DNA from: Desulfococcus sp.
GTDB lineage: Bacteria > Desulfobacterota > Desulfobacteria > Desulfobacterales > Desulfococcaceae
Length of the DNA: 64,000 bases
Assembly (NCBI RefSeq): GCF_041737845.1
Contig: NZ_JBGSQX010000018.1
Coordinates: 6,025 to 70,024 of the forward strand
Direction: 5' to 3'
Every line of letters begins with the position of its first letter. Position 1 is the first letter of the stretch. Made by a program: the position numbers and the translations under genes. Below are positions 1 through 9,546 of this stretch, piece after piece. The notes under the pieces are model-generated. The model worked only from the letters and a program-made list of their open reading frames with translations. It searched no databases and was not told the origin of the DNA.

Positions 1-2
1 CC

Positions 3-884
3 GGACAGGTCCGCCTGATTCGATCCTTACCGTCGTTCCGGTCGGGAAAAGGGGACACCGGCATCGAAGCCAAAATACGGCAGACCCTTCTGGCCTTTGG
101 AAATCTATCCGCAGAGCCCCTTGAACCGCAAAAAGCATTCTTAACCGGACAGGGATTGAACGGCAGGGGCGAAGAGTTGACAGGCACCCTGGAAAAGGCC
201 CTGGCGTTTCCGGTATCCCGGTCCGACCTTCTCCGGTGCGCCGGGGGAAAAATCAAGATCGCCTCGGAACAGGAATGGAAACCCGACGAGATGGACAACG
301 CCCTGGCCCTGGCGATTGCCCAGATCGAGGGGAAACCCCGCCTGAATTTCCGAAAGGGCCAATTCGCCTCCAGGCGCAACTGGGCCGCATACCGGAACCA
401 TCTGATGCGGTTGGGGGTGTTTGCCGCGATCCTCCTCTGCCTGGCGGGACTCGACATCTTCATCGAGAGCCGGGCGCTGAATCGCCGGATCGACCGGATC
501 GACCGGGAAATAACGTCTATTTTCCGGTCGACCTTTCCCGAGATTCAGCGGGTTGTCGACCCGGTTCATCAGATGAAAATCGCAATGGATTCGCTCCGAA
601 ACGAAACCTTCATCCCCGGGGATTCGAACGCGCGCATTCTGACGATCAACATTCTCGACGAGATCAGCAAAAATGTTCCAGACGAAATCGATGTTGAATT
701 CACCCGAATGGTCATCAACCCTGAGGATATCCTCATCTCCGGAAACACGGAAAACTTCAATTCCGTCGACGATATCCAGACACACCTGGAAAAAATTCCC
801 ATATTTAAGAAGGTAACCATCAACTCCACGAACAAAGACCAGAATGAAAACCGGGTTCAGTTTAAAATGAAGGTGGACCTATGA
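3..884 (+). CDS. gspL: Type II secretion system protein L (GspL/PilN-like), 5' truncated by the window edge
   Basis: Frame is open from position 3 (GQVRLIRSL...). PRLNFRKG precedes a single TM helix and a periplasmic PilN-like domain. Overlaps gspM by ATGA. Confidence 0.8.
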   Translation, partial: GQVRLIRSLPSFRSGKGDTGIEAKIRQTLLAFGNLSAEPLEPQKAFLTGQGLNGRGEELTGTLEKALAFPVSRSDLLRCAGGKIKIASEQEWKPDEMDNALALAIAQIEGKPRLNFRKGQFASRRNWAAYRNHLMRLGVFAAILLCLAGLDIFIESRALNRRIDRIDREITSIFRSTFPEIQRVVDPVHQMKIAMDSLRNETFIPGDSNARILTINILDEISKNVPDEIDVEFTRMVINPEDILISGNTENFNSVDDIQTHLEKIPIFKKVTINSTNKDQNENRVQFKMKVDL

Positions 885-1408
885 TCCTCAGCCGGCTCAA
901 CCGACGCGAAAGACTTGCCGTCATCGCCGCCGCGGCATGTGTTTTCATATTCGTCGCCGTGGAATTTATCATCACCCCGATCACAGAGCGACGGACCCGT
1001 CTTGATGCCACGCTTCTCCAGAAACAGACCATCCTTTCGGAGATGCAGTCGATGAAGTTGGAGTATGAGTCCCTGAAAGGAGAAAACGAGCGCTTCAAAC
1101 AGAATTTTTCCGCCCGGCCCCAGGGATTCACCCTGTTTTCCTTTTTGGATCAACTGGCCGGCGAGGCGGGGGTCAAGGACAACATCGCCTACATGAAGCC
1201 CTCCAAATCACGGCCGAAAAACAGCCCCTATCCCCTGTCCATGGTGGAACTCAAGCTTGAGGGGATCAGCATCACCCAGTTGACCCCCTACGTTCATATG
1301 GTGGAGACCTCCAAAAACATGGTCTTCATCAGGCGAATCTCCATCACCAAGACCGGGAAGGAAGGGCTGATCGACGCCATCATTCAGGTTGAAACCTTCG
1401 AGGCTTAA
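881..1408 (+). CDS. gspM: Type II secretion system protein M
   Basis: LNRRER motif followed by a TM helix and coiled coil; lies between gspL and gspN. Confidence 0.85.
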   Translation: MILSRLNRRERLAVIAAAACVFIFVAVEFIITPITERRTRLDATLLQKQTILSEMQSMKLEYESLKGENERFKQNFSARPQGFTLFSFLDQLAGEAGVKDNIAYMKPSKSRPKNSPYPLSMVELKLEGISITQLTPYVHMVETSKNMVFIRRISITKTGKEGLIDAIIQVETFEA

Positions 1409-1426
1409 GGGATAACGTTCACGTTT

Positions 1427-2287
1427 ATGACCAGAATACCCAAAAAGTGGTTATTTTACAGCCTGTATACACTGGCTGTCGCATCCTGTTTCCTCTATTA
1501 CCTCTTTCCCTCCGAGGCCATCGAGGCGTATCTGACCGCCGCCATCCAGAAGCAACGGCCCAGCGCGACCCTCACCATCGGCCGCGTCGCCCCCGCCTTT
1601 CCTCCGGGCGTCAAGGCATCCCCGGTTTCCTATTCCGAGGGCGGCCCCCTGGAACTGGCCCTTGAATATGTCAAAATCATGCCGGAAATTCGGACGGCCT
1701 TCGGCGCGTCCCCCGCATTCTCCGTCAGAGGGGAAGGTTATGAAGGCCGCATGACGGGCAGGATCACCCTCGATTCCAACAGGACCCTATCGTCCCTGCA
1801 TGCGGATCTGGCCGATATTCAGATGAAAGCCATGGCGGCGCTTCAGCGCCTGTCGGGCCGCAACATCGCCGGAACCCTCTCTGGAACGATCGATTATGAA
1901 AAAGCCGATGGCGGAACCCGGCTGACGGCGGATCTGTCGGCGTCGCGGTTCCGGGTCGATCTGGGAATTCCAGGCGTAAACTTGAAAGAATTGACTTTTT
2001 CAGAGGCAAATGCCAAGTTGGCGGCTGGCGGCGGGACGGCCCTTCGCATTGAAAGCCTGACGGCGAAGGGGAGCCAGGTCAACGGAGACCTCTCCGGAAC
2101 AATCCAGATAAGAGCGCCTTTCGAAAAGAGCGTGCTCGACATGACCGGCTCCGTCAGGCCGCACCCCTCGTTCATTTCAGACCTGGGGAGTCCGCTCGCC
2201 GCGTTGTTTCAGAATCGCGGCGGCAATAATTCCTTCCCGTTTGCCGTCAAAGGCACTATAGAAGCGCCAGAATTTTTATTACGGTAA
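1427..2287 (+). CDS. gspN: Type II secretion system protein N (deltaproteobacterial type)
   Basis: N-terminal TM ending LYYLFP, beta-rich body, C-terminal VKGTIEAP; gsp operon context. Confidence 0.75.
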   Translation: MTRIPKKWLFYSLYTLAVASCFLYYLFPSEAIEAYLTAAIQKQRPSATLTIGRVAPAFPPGVKASPVSYSEGGPLELALEYVKIMPEIRTAFGASPAFSVRGEGYEGRMTGRITLDSNRTLSSLHADLADIQMKAMAALQRLSGRNIAGTLSGTIDYEKADGGTRLTADLSASRFRVDLGIPGVNLKELTFSEANAKLAAGGGTALRIESLTAKGSQVNGDLSGTIQIRAPFEKSVLDMTGSVRPHPSFISDLGSPLAALFQNRGGNNSFPFAVKGTIEAPEFLLR

Positions 2288-2308
2288 CAAGGAGCGATCC
2301 AAGATATC

Positions 2309-3205
2309 ATGCCGGCTGAAAAACCCCTCACGGTTATAATAAACCTCGTTTTTATGACGATGGTGGTCTATCTCGGCGTCAACATCTTCTACAAGGGGGT
2401 GGCCTCCAAAATGGATGTCATCCAGATCCAGCGCTCCCAGACAGCGCCGGAACCCTGGCAGGCATCCGCCCCGGCCCGCCCGATAGGCGACTATGACGCC
2501 ATCGGGAAGCGAAACATCTTCAAGACCGCTGACCCCGCTGCATCGGGATCTGCGGAGACCAAACCTCCGGCCGACGTTTCCGAACTGAAGGAGACGGAAC
2601 TCAACCTGAAGCTCTGGGGAACCGTGAGCGGGGAAGGCGAAAAAACTTACGCCGTCATCGAGGATCAGCAGAAGCGAATCCAGAATCTCTACCGGGAAAA
2701 CGATTCGATCATGGGCGCCACCGTCAAGCGCATCATGCGGGAAAAGGTGGTCCTCACGGTGGGCGGTAAGGACGAGGTCCTGGCCATGGAAAAAACCGGT
2801 TCCGGTGAACTTCCCGCAGGAAGATCGCTGCCCGCGCCATCCCTTCCGTTCCCTCCCGTTTCCGGCGATGCGACAGAAGACTCCCAGCAGCGGCTTTCCC
2901 TGAGCCGCCAGACCGTCAACGAAGCCATGGGCGACATCAACGGCTTGATGGACCAGGCCAAAATCCGGCCCCATTTCAGAAACGGAAAACCCGACGGCCT
3001 CACCATCTCCCGGATCAGACGGGACTCCATTTTCTCTCAGCTCGGGCTCCGAAGCGGGGACATCATCACCGGGGTAGACGGCCAGGCCATCGAATCCGTC
3101 GACGACGCCCTCAAATTTTACAACCAACTGAAATCCTCTTCCAACGTGAACCTTCAAATCCGGCGAAGAGGCATGCCGAAACAGATTGAATACACTATCG
3201 AATAA
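2309..3205 (+). CDS. gspC: Type II secretion system protein C with PDZ domain
   Basis: TM helix, HR domain (LKLWGTV...AVIED) and PDZ domain (LGLRSGDIITGVDG). Confidence 0.9.
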   Translation: MPAEKPLTVIINLVFMTMVVYLGVNIFYKGVASKMDVIQIQRSQTAPEPWQASAPARPIGDYDAIGKRNIFKTADPAASGSAETKPPADVSELKETELNLKLWGTVSGEGEKTYAVIEDQQKRIQNLYRENDSIMGATVKRIMREKVVLTVGGKDEVLAMEKTGSGELPAGRSLPAPSLPFPPVSGDATEDSQQRLSLSRQTVNEAMGDINGLMDQAKIRPHFRNGKPDGLTISRIRRDSIFSQLGLRSGDIITGVDGQAIESVDDALKFYNQLKSSSNVNLQIRRRGMPKQIEYTIE

Positions 3206-3261
3206 CCTTCAGGAGACGCTCCGCCCAAGCGCCATGACAACAGGAACGGGAGCACAACAGG

Positions 3262-5289
3262 TTGACCATGAAATCCTACGGCACTCTTAACAGGCGATTG
3301 ATTCTGATCTGCGCTTTCGGCCTGGCATTATTGTTTCTGGTAGTAGCGACGGTCGTTCATGCACAGGATGAGAATGGAAACGGCAAGGAACGGTTTGTCT
3401 CGATCGATTTCAATGACGTGGATATCAACGTCTTCATCAAGTTCATCAGCGAGCTGACCCATCGGAATTTCATCGTCGACCGCCGGGTCAAGGGAAAGGT
3501 CACCATCATTTCCCCTTCGAAGATTTCCGTGAAGGAGGCCGATAAGGTTTTCGAGTCGGTCCTGGAGGTCCATGGGTTCACCACCGTAACATCCGGAGAG
3601 GTCACCAAGATCATCCCCTCCCCCGACGCCCGAACCCGGGATATCGAGACCCTGTTCCGCGACGATATGCGCGCGCCCGACGACAAGGTCGTGACCCAGT
3701 TGATCCCCCTGAGATACGCGGACCCGGAGGATATCAAGCGATTGCTGGCGCCTCTGGTGTCCAAAAGCAGCGTCATTCTGGCCTACCCCCCCACCAATAC
3801 CCTCATCATCACGGATGTCCACTCCAACATCATTCGCCTGGTCGACATCCTCAAGACCATTGACGTCGAGGGCGTGGGGCAGGAGATCTCGGTGGTGCCG
3901 CTGACCAACGCCGACGCCGAAAAAATGGTGAAGACCCTGTCCACCGTCTTCCAGGCCCAGAAAACCGCCAAAAGGCCGGGGGTTCCCGAAGACACCGCCA
4001 AATTTGTCGCGGATGAGCGCACCAACGCGGTGATCATTCTTTCGAGCGAGGACGAAACCGTTAAAATCAAACGCCTCATCAGCCGCCTGGACAAGGATCT
4101 CCCCCGCGGGAATGAGGGGATTCACGTCTATTACCTGGAGCATGCCACCGCCGAGGATCTCGCCAAAACCCTTCAGTCGCTGTCGGGCAAATCGGGAAGC
4201 ACCGGAGATGACGGGAAAAAAAAGGAAAGCCCGATCGTTTCCGACAGTGTCAAGATCACCTCCGACAAGCCGACCAACAGCCTCATCATCTCTGCGGGCA
4301 AAGATGAATACGGGGCCATCGAGGAGATCATCAAGAGCCTGGATATCCCGCGGGCCATGGTCTATATCGAGGCCCTCATCATGGAGGTCGACGTCACCAA
4401 GGGATTCGGCGTCGGCACCGAGTGGATCGGCGGCGGCAAGGTCGAGTACGGAAGCGACAAGGACGCCTGGGTCGGCGGCGGATGGAGCGGCGGCGGGGAT
4501 ACCCCCTATTCCATTCTGGGCGGCATCGCCGGCGCAGCCGCGGCGGGCACCGTAGGGCTTCCCCAGGGGTTCACCATGGGCGTTTTCGGAGAGATCATCG
4601 AAATCGGCGGCCTGAAGTTTCAGAATATCGGTGCCGTGGCCCAGTTCTACCGAAGGGACGGATCCATCCACATCCTGTCGACCCCGCAACTGCTGACCAC
4701 CGACAACGAGGAGGCCTTCATCAACGTCGGCAAGAACATCCCCTACCAGACCAAAACGGGCACCACCGCCACCTCTGAAACCTACAACACCTATGAGTAC
4801 CGGGATGTGGGCATCACCCTCAAGGTAACGCCCCAGATCAGCAAGGACCGGCTCATCCGGCTGAAAATCGAACAGACCCTGACCAAGCTGGACCAGGCGG
4901 CCAACACCTCGGACGACGAGCGGCCCACCACCTTCAAACGGGAGGTCAATACCACCGTCATCGTCAATGACAAGAACACCATCGTGATCGGCGGCCTGAT
5001 CGACGACACTTTTTCGGAATCCGAGAGCAAAATCCCCTGCCTCGGAGACGTCCCGGGCCTGGGATGGGCCTTCAAATCCATGAACCGGGGCCGGGAAAAA
5101 ACGAACCTCTTCATCTTTCTCACCCCCCATGTCGTGAAAAATCAGGAGGAGGCGGCCCTCATCTTAGAGAAGAAGCAGAAAGAGGCCAGTGCCGTGGATG
5201 AGGAAGGCGGCATCAAACTTTACTACGAAAAAAACAAGGATACCTACGATACCGTACCCTCGCTTCCCGAACTGTTCGACAAGCCCTGA
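3262..5289 (+). CDS. gspD: Type II secretion secretin D
   Basis: Signal peptide, N0 domain (IDFNDVDI), N-domain repeats, secretin motifs YEYRDVGITLKVTPQI and IPCLGDVPGLGWAF. Alternative ATG start at 3268. Confidence 0.95.
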   Translation: MTMKSYGTLNRRLILICAFGLALLFLVVATVVHAQDENGNGKERFVSIDFNDVDINVFIKFISELTHRNFIVDRRVKGKVTIISPSKISVKEADKVFESVLEVHGFTTVTSGEVTKIIPSPDARTRDIETLFRDDMRAPDDKVVTQLIPLRYADPEDIKRLLAPLVSKSSVILAYPPTNTLIITDVHSNIIRLVDILKTIDVEGVGQEISVVPLTNADAEKMVKTLSTVFQAQKTAKRPGVPEDTAKFVADERTNAVIILSSEDETVKIKRLISRLDKDLPRGNEGIHVYYLEHATAEDLAKTLQSLSGKSGSTGDDGKKKESPIVSDSVKITSDKPTNSLIISAGKDEYGAIEEIIKSLDIPRAMVYIEALIMEVDVTKGFGVGTEWIGGGKVEYGSDKDAWVGGGWSGGGDTPYSILGGIAGAAAAGTVGLPQGFTMGVFGEIIEIGGLKFQNIGAVAQFYRRDGSIHILSTPQLLTTDNEEAFINVGKNIPYQTKTGTTATSETYNTYEYRDVGITLKVTPQISKDRLIRLKIEQTLTKLDQAANTSDDERPTTFKREVNTTVIVNDKNTIVIGGLIDDTFSESESKIPCLGDVPGLGWAFKSMNRGREKTNLFIFLTPHVVKNQEEAALILEKKQKEASAVDEEGGIKLYYEKNKDTYDTVPSLPELFDKP

Positions 5290-5325
5290 CGGTTCAACGC
5301 GACGGGGCGTTCCGCGGGACGACCG

Positions 5326-7059
5326 ATGCAGAAAACACTCGTTGATATCTTACAAGAGAAGACGGGCCTCACCAAAGAAGTCCTTGGAGAGGTGCGCCTG
5401 ATTCAGTTGGAAAAGGGCGGCAGCATCGGGGATATCCTCATTAAAAAAAAAATGCTGACCGAAAACCAGTGGCTGGAAATCCTTTCCGACGTTTACAGCC
5501 TTCCGGTACTGCAGCAGCTTCCCGTCGGCAGCACCCGGAGTCTGGTCCTCCAGACCATCCCCATCCAGTTCCTGAAAAAATACCTCATGGTGCCGCTGGA
5601 AAACGAAATGCCCGGAACGCCTCCCGGGAGCACCGGCGACCATAACCCCGAACATTCTCCCGCCATGATCATCGCCGTAAATGATCCAACGCAATTTCAG
5701 CCCGTAGATGATCTTATCCGTATCATCGGGATGGAGAACGTGACGCTGGTGCTGTCCACCCGGGAAGCCATCCTGTCCGCCATCAACATCTCCTATGACC
5801 TGAGCCGGGATTCCGCCGAGCAGCTCGTTCAGGACATGGAGGAAAACGAGTCCCTGATCCTCTCGGAGATCGAGGATACCGCCGACCTTCTGGACGACAC
5901 CAGCGACGCCCCCATCATCAAGCTGGTGAACCATGTCATTTCCCAGGCCGCGAAGGCCCGCGCCAGCGACATCCACATCGAACCCTATCAGGACAGCTTC
6001 AAGATCCGCTACCGGGTCGACGGGATCCTCTACGACCTGCTGACCCCGCCCAAGGGCATCCAGGCGGCATTGATCTCCAGGATAAAGGTCATGTCGAACA
6101 TGAACATCGCCGAGAAACGGCTTCCCCAGGACGGACGCCTTCAGGTGAAGATCGGCGACCAGGACATCGACGTGCGGATCTCCACCCTGCCGACGGCCTT
6201 TGGAGAACGCGTCGTCATGCGGCTGCTCAACAAGTCGTCCTCCCTTCTCGAATTGACGGAACTGGGGTTGTCGCCCGAACGGCTGGAGCGCCTCAAGAAA
6301 CTGATGACCTCCCCCAACGGCATCATCCTGGTGACGGGCCCCACCGGCAGCGGCAAGACCACGACCCTCTATGCGGTGCTGTCGTCGATCAACAAGCCTG
6401 AAATCAACATTATCACCATCGAGGACCCTATCGAATATCAGCTCAAGGGCATCAGCCAGATCCAGGTAAACCCGAAAATCGACCTGACCTTTGCCAGAGG
6501 ACTCAGATCCATCGTCCGGCAGGATCCCGACGTGATTCTCGTGGGAGAGATCCGGGACCGGGAAACCGCCAATATCGCCGTCCAATCGGCCCTGACCGGA
6601 CACCTCGTCTTTTCGACCCTCCACACCAATGATTCGGCCTCCGCCATCACCCGGCTCGTGGATATCGGCGTGGAGCCCTTCCTGATCTCCTCCTCGGTTA
6701 TCGCCGTCGCAGCCCAGCGCCTGGTCCGCATCCTCTGTCCCGAATGCAAGGAGCCCTATACCCCGAGCGACGTCATGCTGGAAGGGATCGGGATCGACAA
6801 ACACCTCCTGAACCGCCATACCATCTACCAGGCCAAGGGATGCCCCAACTGTTTCCACACCGGGTACAAGGGCCGCGTCGCCATCCTGGAGATCATGGAG
6901 ATGGATGAAAATCTCAAGAGCGTGATCCTGACAACCTTTGACTCCAATGTTATCAAGAGCCATGCCAGGGGCATGATCACCCTTCGGCAGGACGGCATCC
7001 AGAAGGTGCTCATGGGGCTCACGACCATCGAAGAGGTCGTCCGGGTGACGCAGCAGTAG
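5326..7059 (+). CDS. gspE: Type II secretion ATPase E
   Basis: ASDIHIEP, Walker A GPTGSGKT, RQDPDVILVGEIRD, STLHTN and tetracysteine CPEC/CPNC. Confidence 0.95.
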   Translation: MQKTLVDILQEKTGLTKEVLGEVRLIQLEKGGSIGDILIKKKMLTENQWLEILSDVYSLPVLQQLPVGSTRSLVLQTIPIQFLKKYLMVPLENEMPGTPPGSTGDHNPEHSPAMIIAVNDPTQFQPVDDLIRIIGMENVTLVLSTREAILSAINISYDLSRDSAEQLVQDMEENESLILSEIEDTADLLDDTSDAPIIKLVNHVISQAAKARASDIHIEPYQDSFKIRYRVDGILYDLLTPPKGIQAALISRIKVMSNMNIAEKRLPQDGRLQVKIGDQDIDVRISTLPTAFGERVVMRLLNKSSSLLELTELGLSPERLERLKKLMTSPNGIILVTGPTGSGKTTTLYAVLSSINKPEINIITIEDPIEYQLKGISQIQVNPKIDLTFARGLRSIVRQDPDVILVGEIRDRETANIAVQSALTGHLVFSTLHTNDSASAITRLVDIGVEPFLISSSVIAVAAQRLVRILCPECKEPYTPSDVMLEGIGIDKHLLNRHTIYQAKGCPNCFHTGYKGRVAILEIMEMDENLKSVILTTFDSNVIKSHARGMITLRQDGIQKVLMGLTTIEEVVRVTQQ

Positions 7060-8019
7060 ATGAAGGTCTCCCGCTTCAGCCACCGGTCCTGCGCCCGCAT
7101 CCTGCTGCTCGGAACCACGCTCCTGTTTCTGGCCGCCCCGATCTCCTTCGCCCGGACCATCGAAGTGGATGCCGACCGGCAGTTCGAATTCGCCGGACAT
7201 CTGTTTTCCAGGGGGGATTACGACAGGGCCGTCACAGAGTACGAGCGATTCATCTTCCTTTTCCCCGAAGACGCCCGCGGGGCCGAGGCGCGCTATCAGA
7301 TCGGCATGGCGCATGTCCACACCAAAAACGAAAAACAGGCCATCGAAGCCTTTTCTCAGGTCATCGACCGGCACGGCGGACGCCCTGTCTCCGGATCCGA
7401 TATCACGGCCGACGCGTATTTCCGGATCAGCGAATGTTATGTCAGGATGGGGGAGACCGGACAGGCCGTCAACAACCTCAACAACCTCGCCGCCGTGGCG
7501 GAATCCGACCAGATTCAGGGGGAGGCCCGCTATCGGATGGGCTGGATCCTGCTGGAGGCAGGCCATTGGGAGAAGGCGGCCCTCGTCTTCCGCCAGATCC
7601 CGCCGGATCAAAAAGGTCCCTATCGCCTGCCCGATCTCTTCAACGCCATGGAAGGGTACGGCGACATTCCCCAGAAAAACCCCGCGGCCGCCGGCATCCT
7701 CGCCGTGATACCGGGAATGGGCTACATTTATTGCGGGAGGTATCAGGACGCCCTGGTCTCCTTCCTCCTGAACGGCGCCATGATGGTTGCCGCCTACAAG
7801 GCCTTTGAAAACGACAACCCCGCATTGGGCGGGCTGCTGACGGTTGTGGAGCTGGGCTTCTACAGCGGAAGCATCTATGGATCGATTTCGAGCGCGCACA
7901 AATACAACCGGGATCAAGCCGAACGGTTTACCTCCGAAATCCGGAGGCGCCACAAAATCGATCTCTCCCTTTCTCCGGTGCCGGGAGGGGCGGCCCTTTC
8001 GTTCCGCTATCCGTTTTAG
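7060..8019 (+). CDS. Exported TPR-repeat protein with hydrophobic C-terminal region
   Basis: Signal peptide, several TPR helices (AEARYQIG, ADAYFRIS, GEARYRMG), TM2-like KNPAAAGILAVIPGMG. Starts on the base after the gspE stop. Confidence 0.75.
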   Translation: MKVSRFSHRSCARILLLGTTLLFLAAPISFARTIEVDADRQFEFAGHLFSRGDYDRAVTEYERFIFLFPEDARGAEARYQIGMAHVHTKNEKQAIEAFSQVIDRHGGRPVSGSDITADAYFRISECYVRMGETGQAVNNLNNLAAVAESDQIQGEARYRMGWILLEAGHWEKAALVFRQIPPDQKGPYRLPDLFNAMEGYGDIPQKNPAAAGILAVIPGMGYIYCGRYQDALVSFLLNGAMMVAAYKAFENDNPALGGLLTVVELGFYSGSIYGSISSAHKYNRDQAERFTSEIRRRHKIDLSLSPVPGGAALSFRYPF

Positions 8020-8072
8020 ACAGGATGGTTGAATCCCGTGACGAACCCCAGGACAGGAAAGGATACCCTGCC

Positions 8073-8474
8073 ATGACGATCAGAGGCGCAGGCGGAACCA
8101 GCGGCGGCATCGGTAAATTTTTCATCGGCATGGCCATGATGATCGGCGGTGGCTACCTCTTTCTGGATGCGGTTCGCATCACCCACCATCTCCACCTGGG
8201 GTACGCGGTCTTCTCGTTCGGCGCATTCCGGCTCACCACCGGGATGACGCTCATCCCCTTGATTTTCGGAGTGGGCATGATTTTCTACAATGCCGGAAAT
8301 CCATTGGGCTGGATCCTGTCGGCGGCAACCCTCATCATGCTCCTTCTGGGCGTCCTCTCCACGATCCAGTTCAGGATCCGGGGCATGTCGGCCTTCGAAC
8401 TCATCATGATCCTTGCCTTGTTTGCGGGCGGCGCCGGATTGTTTCTGAACTCCCTGAAAAACACTGAAAAGTAA
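8073..8474 (+). CDS. Conserved 4-TM membrane protein of unknown function
   Basis: ATG 8073 after AAAGGA; begins MTIRGAGGTSGG; four hydrophobic segments. Confidence 0.75.
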   Translation: MTIRGAGGTSGGIGKFFIGMAMMIGGGYLFLDAVRITHHLHLGYAVFSFGAFRLTTGMTLIPLIFGVGMIFYNAGNPLGWILSAATLIMLLLGVLSTIQFRIRGMSAFELIMILALFAGGAGLFLNSLKNTEK

Positions 8475-8538
8475 AATTGCTTTCCATTTCAGGTATCGAT
8501 GCTTACTATGAAACCCTAGCCTGAAAGGACATCAAGCA

Positions 8539-9534
8539 TTGAAGCCACCACTGCTCATCGATCCGTTCAACCGGAACCTCACCTATTTGCGGGTGTCGAT
8601 CACCGACCGCTGCAACCTGCGGTGCATGTACTGCATGCCGTCCCGGGAGACGATTCCACGGCTGGCCCACACCCAGGTGCTGCGTTACGAGGAGATCCTC
8701 CGGATCGTTCGCATCGGGGTCCAGCTCGGGATCACCAAAATCCGCATCACCGGCGGGGAGCCCCTGGTGCGCAAGGGAGTTTATGAATTTCTGTCGGAGC
8801 TGGGGAAAATCGAAGGGCTGACGGACATTTCACTGACAACCAACGGCGTGCTCTTAAAGGATCATCTGGCCCAGATCCGGGATGCGGGCATCAAACGGCT
8901 CAACATCAGCCTCGACACACTGAACCGGGAAAAGTTTATCCGGATCACGGGGCAGGATGCGTTCACCCAGGTCTGGGAGGGCATCGAGGCCGCCCACCAC
9001 ATGGGGTTTGCGCCCATCAAGTTCAACACGGTGGCGATGAAAGGGATCAATGACGACGAACTCACGGACATCGCCCGGCTCTCTTTCACCTATCCCTTCC
9101 ATATGCGGTTCATCGAGTACATGCCCATCGGCGATCATCACCTCGACCGGAGCATACGCCTGCTCGCCCCGGAGATCCTGGCGCGAATGAGCCCGCTGGG
9201 CGATCTGACGCCGATCCGGCGAAGCCGGGACGACGGCCCGGCAGAACGGTACCGGTTCCAGGGGGCCCGGGGGGAAATCGGCATCATCCAGCCGCTCAGC
9301 AACCATTTCTGTCACCTTTGCAACCGGCTTCGGCTGACGGCCAGCGGCCAGCTGCGGCCCTGCCTCCTGTCAGACCGCCAGGAGGATCTCAAGGGCCCCA
9401 TTCGAAAGGGATGCCTCGACGGCGACATCGTCAAGGTATTCCTGGAAGCCGTGAGGTTCAAACCCATGGAGCATCGGGTTGATGACGTCCGGCAAGACGA
9501 GGTCAGGGACGCCATGTCCTCTATTGGCGGGTAA
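8539..9534 (+). CDS. moaA: GTP 3',8-cyclase (molybdopterin biosynthesis)
   Basis: Radical SAM motif CNLRCMYC, C-terminal CHLCNRLR...C cluster motif, IGG C-terminus. Confidence 0.95.
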   Translation: MKPPLLIDPFNRNLTYLRVSITDRCNLRCMYCMPSRETIPRLAHTQVLRYEEILRIVRIGVQLGITKIRITGGEPLVRKGVYEFLSELGKIEGLTDISLTTNGVLLKDHLAQIRDAGIKRLNISLDTLNREKFIRITGQDAFTQVWEGIEAAHHMGFAPIKFNTVAMKGINDDELTDIARLSFTYPFHMRFIEYMPIGDHHLDRSIRLLAPEILARMSPLGDLTPIRRSRDDGPAERYRFQGARGEIGIIQPLSNHFCHLCNRLRLTASGQLRPCLLSDRQEDLKGPIRKGCLDGDIVKVFLEAVRFKPMEHRVDDVRQDEVRDAMSSIGG

Positions 9535-9546
9535 CCCCGGGCCGCC

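Noticed and set aside
3328-7953. Long minus-strand ORFs (600 aa and 867 aa)
   Set aside because: Antisense shadows of gspD, gspE and the TPR gene caused by GC-rich codon bias; no motifs.
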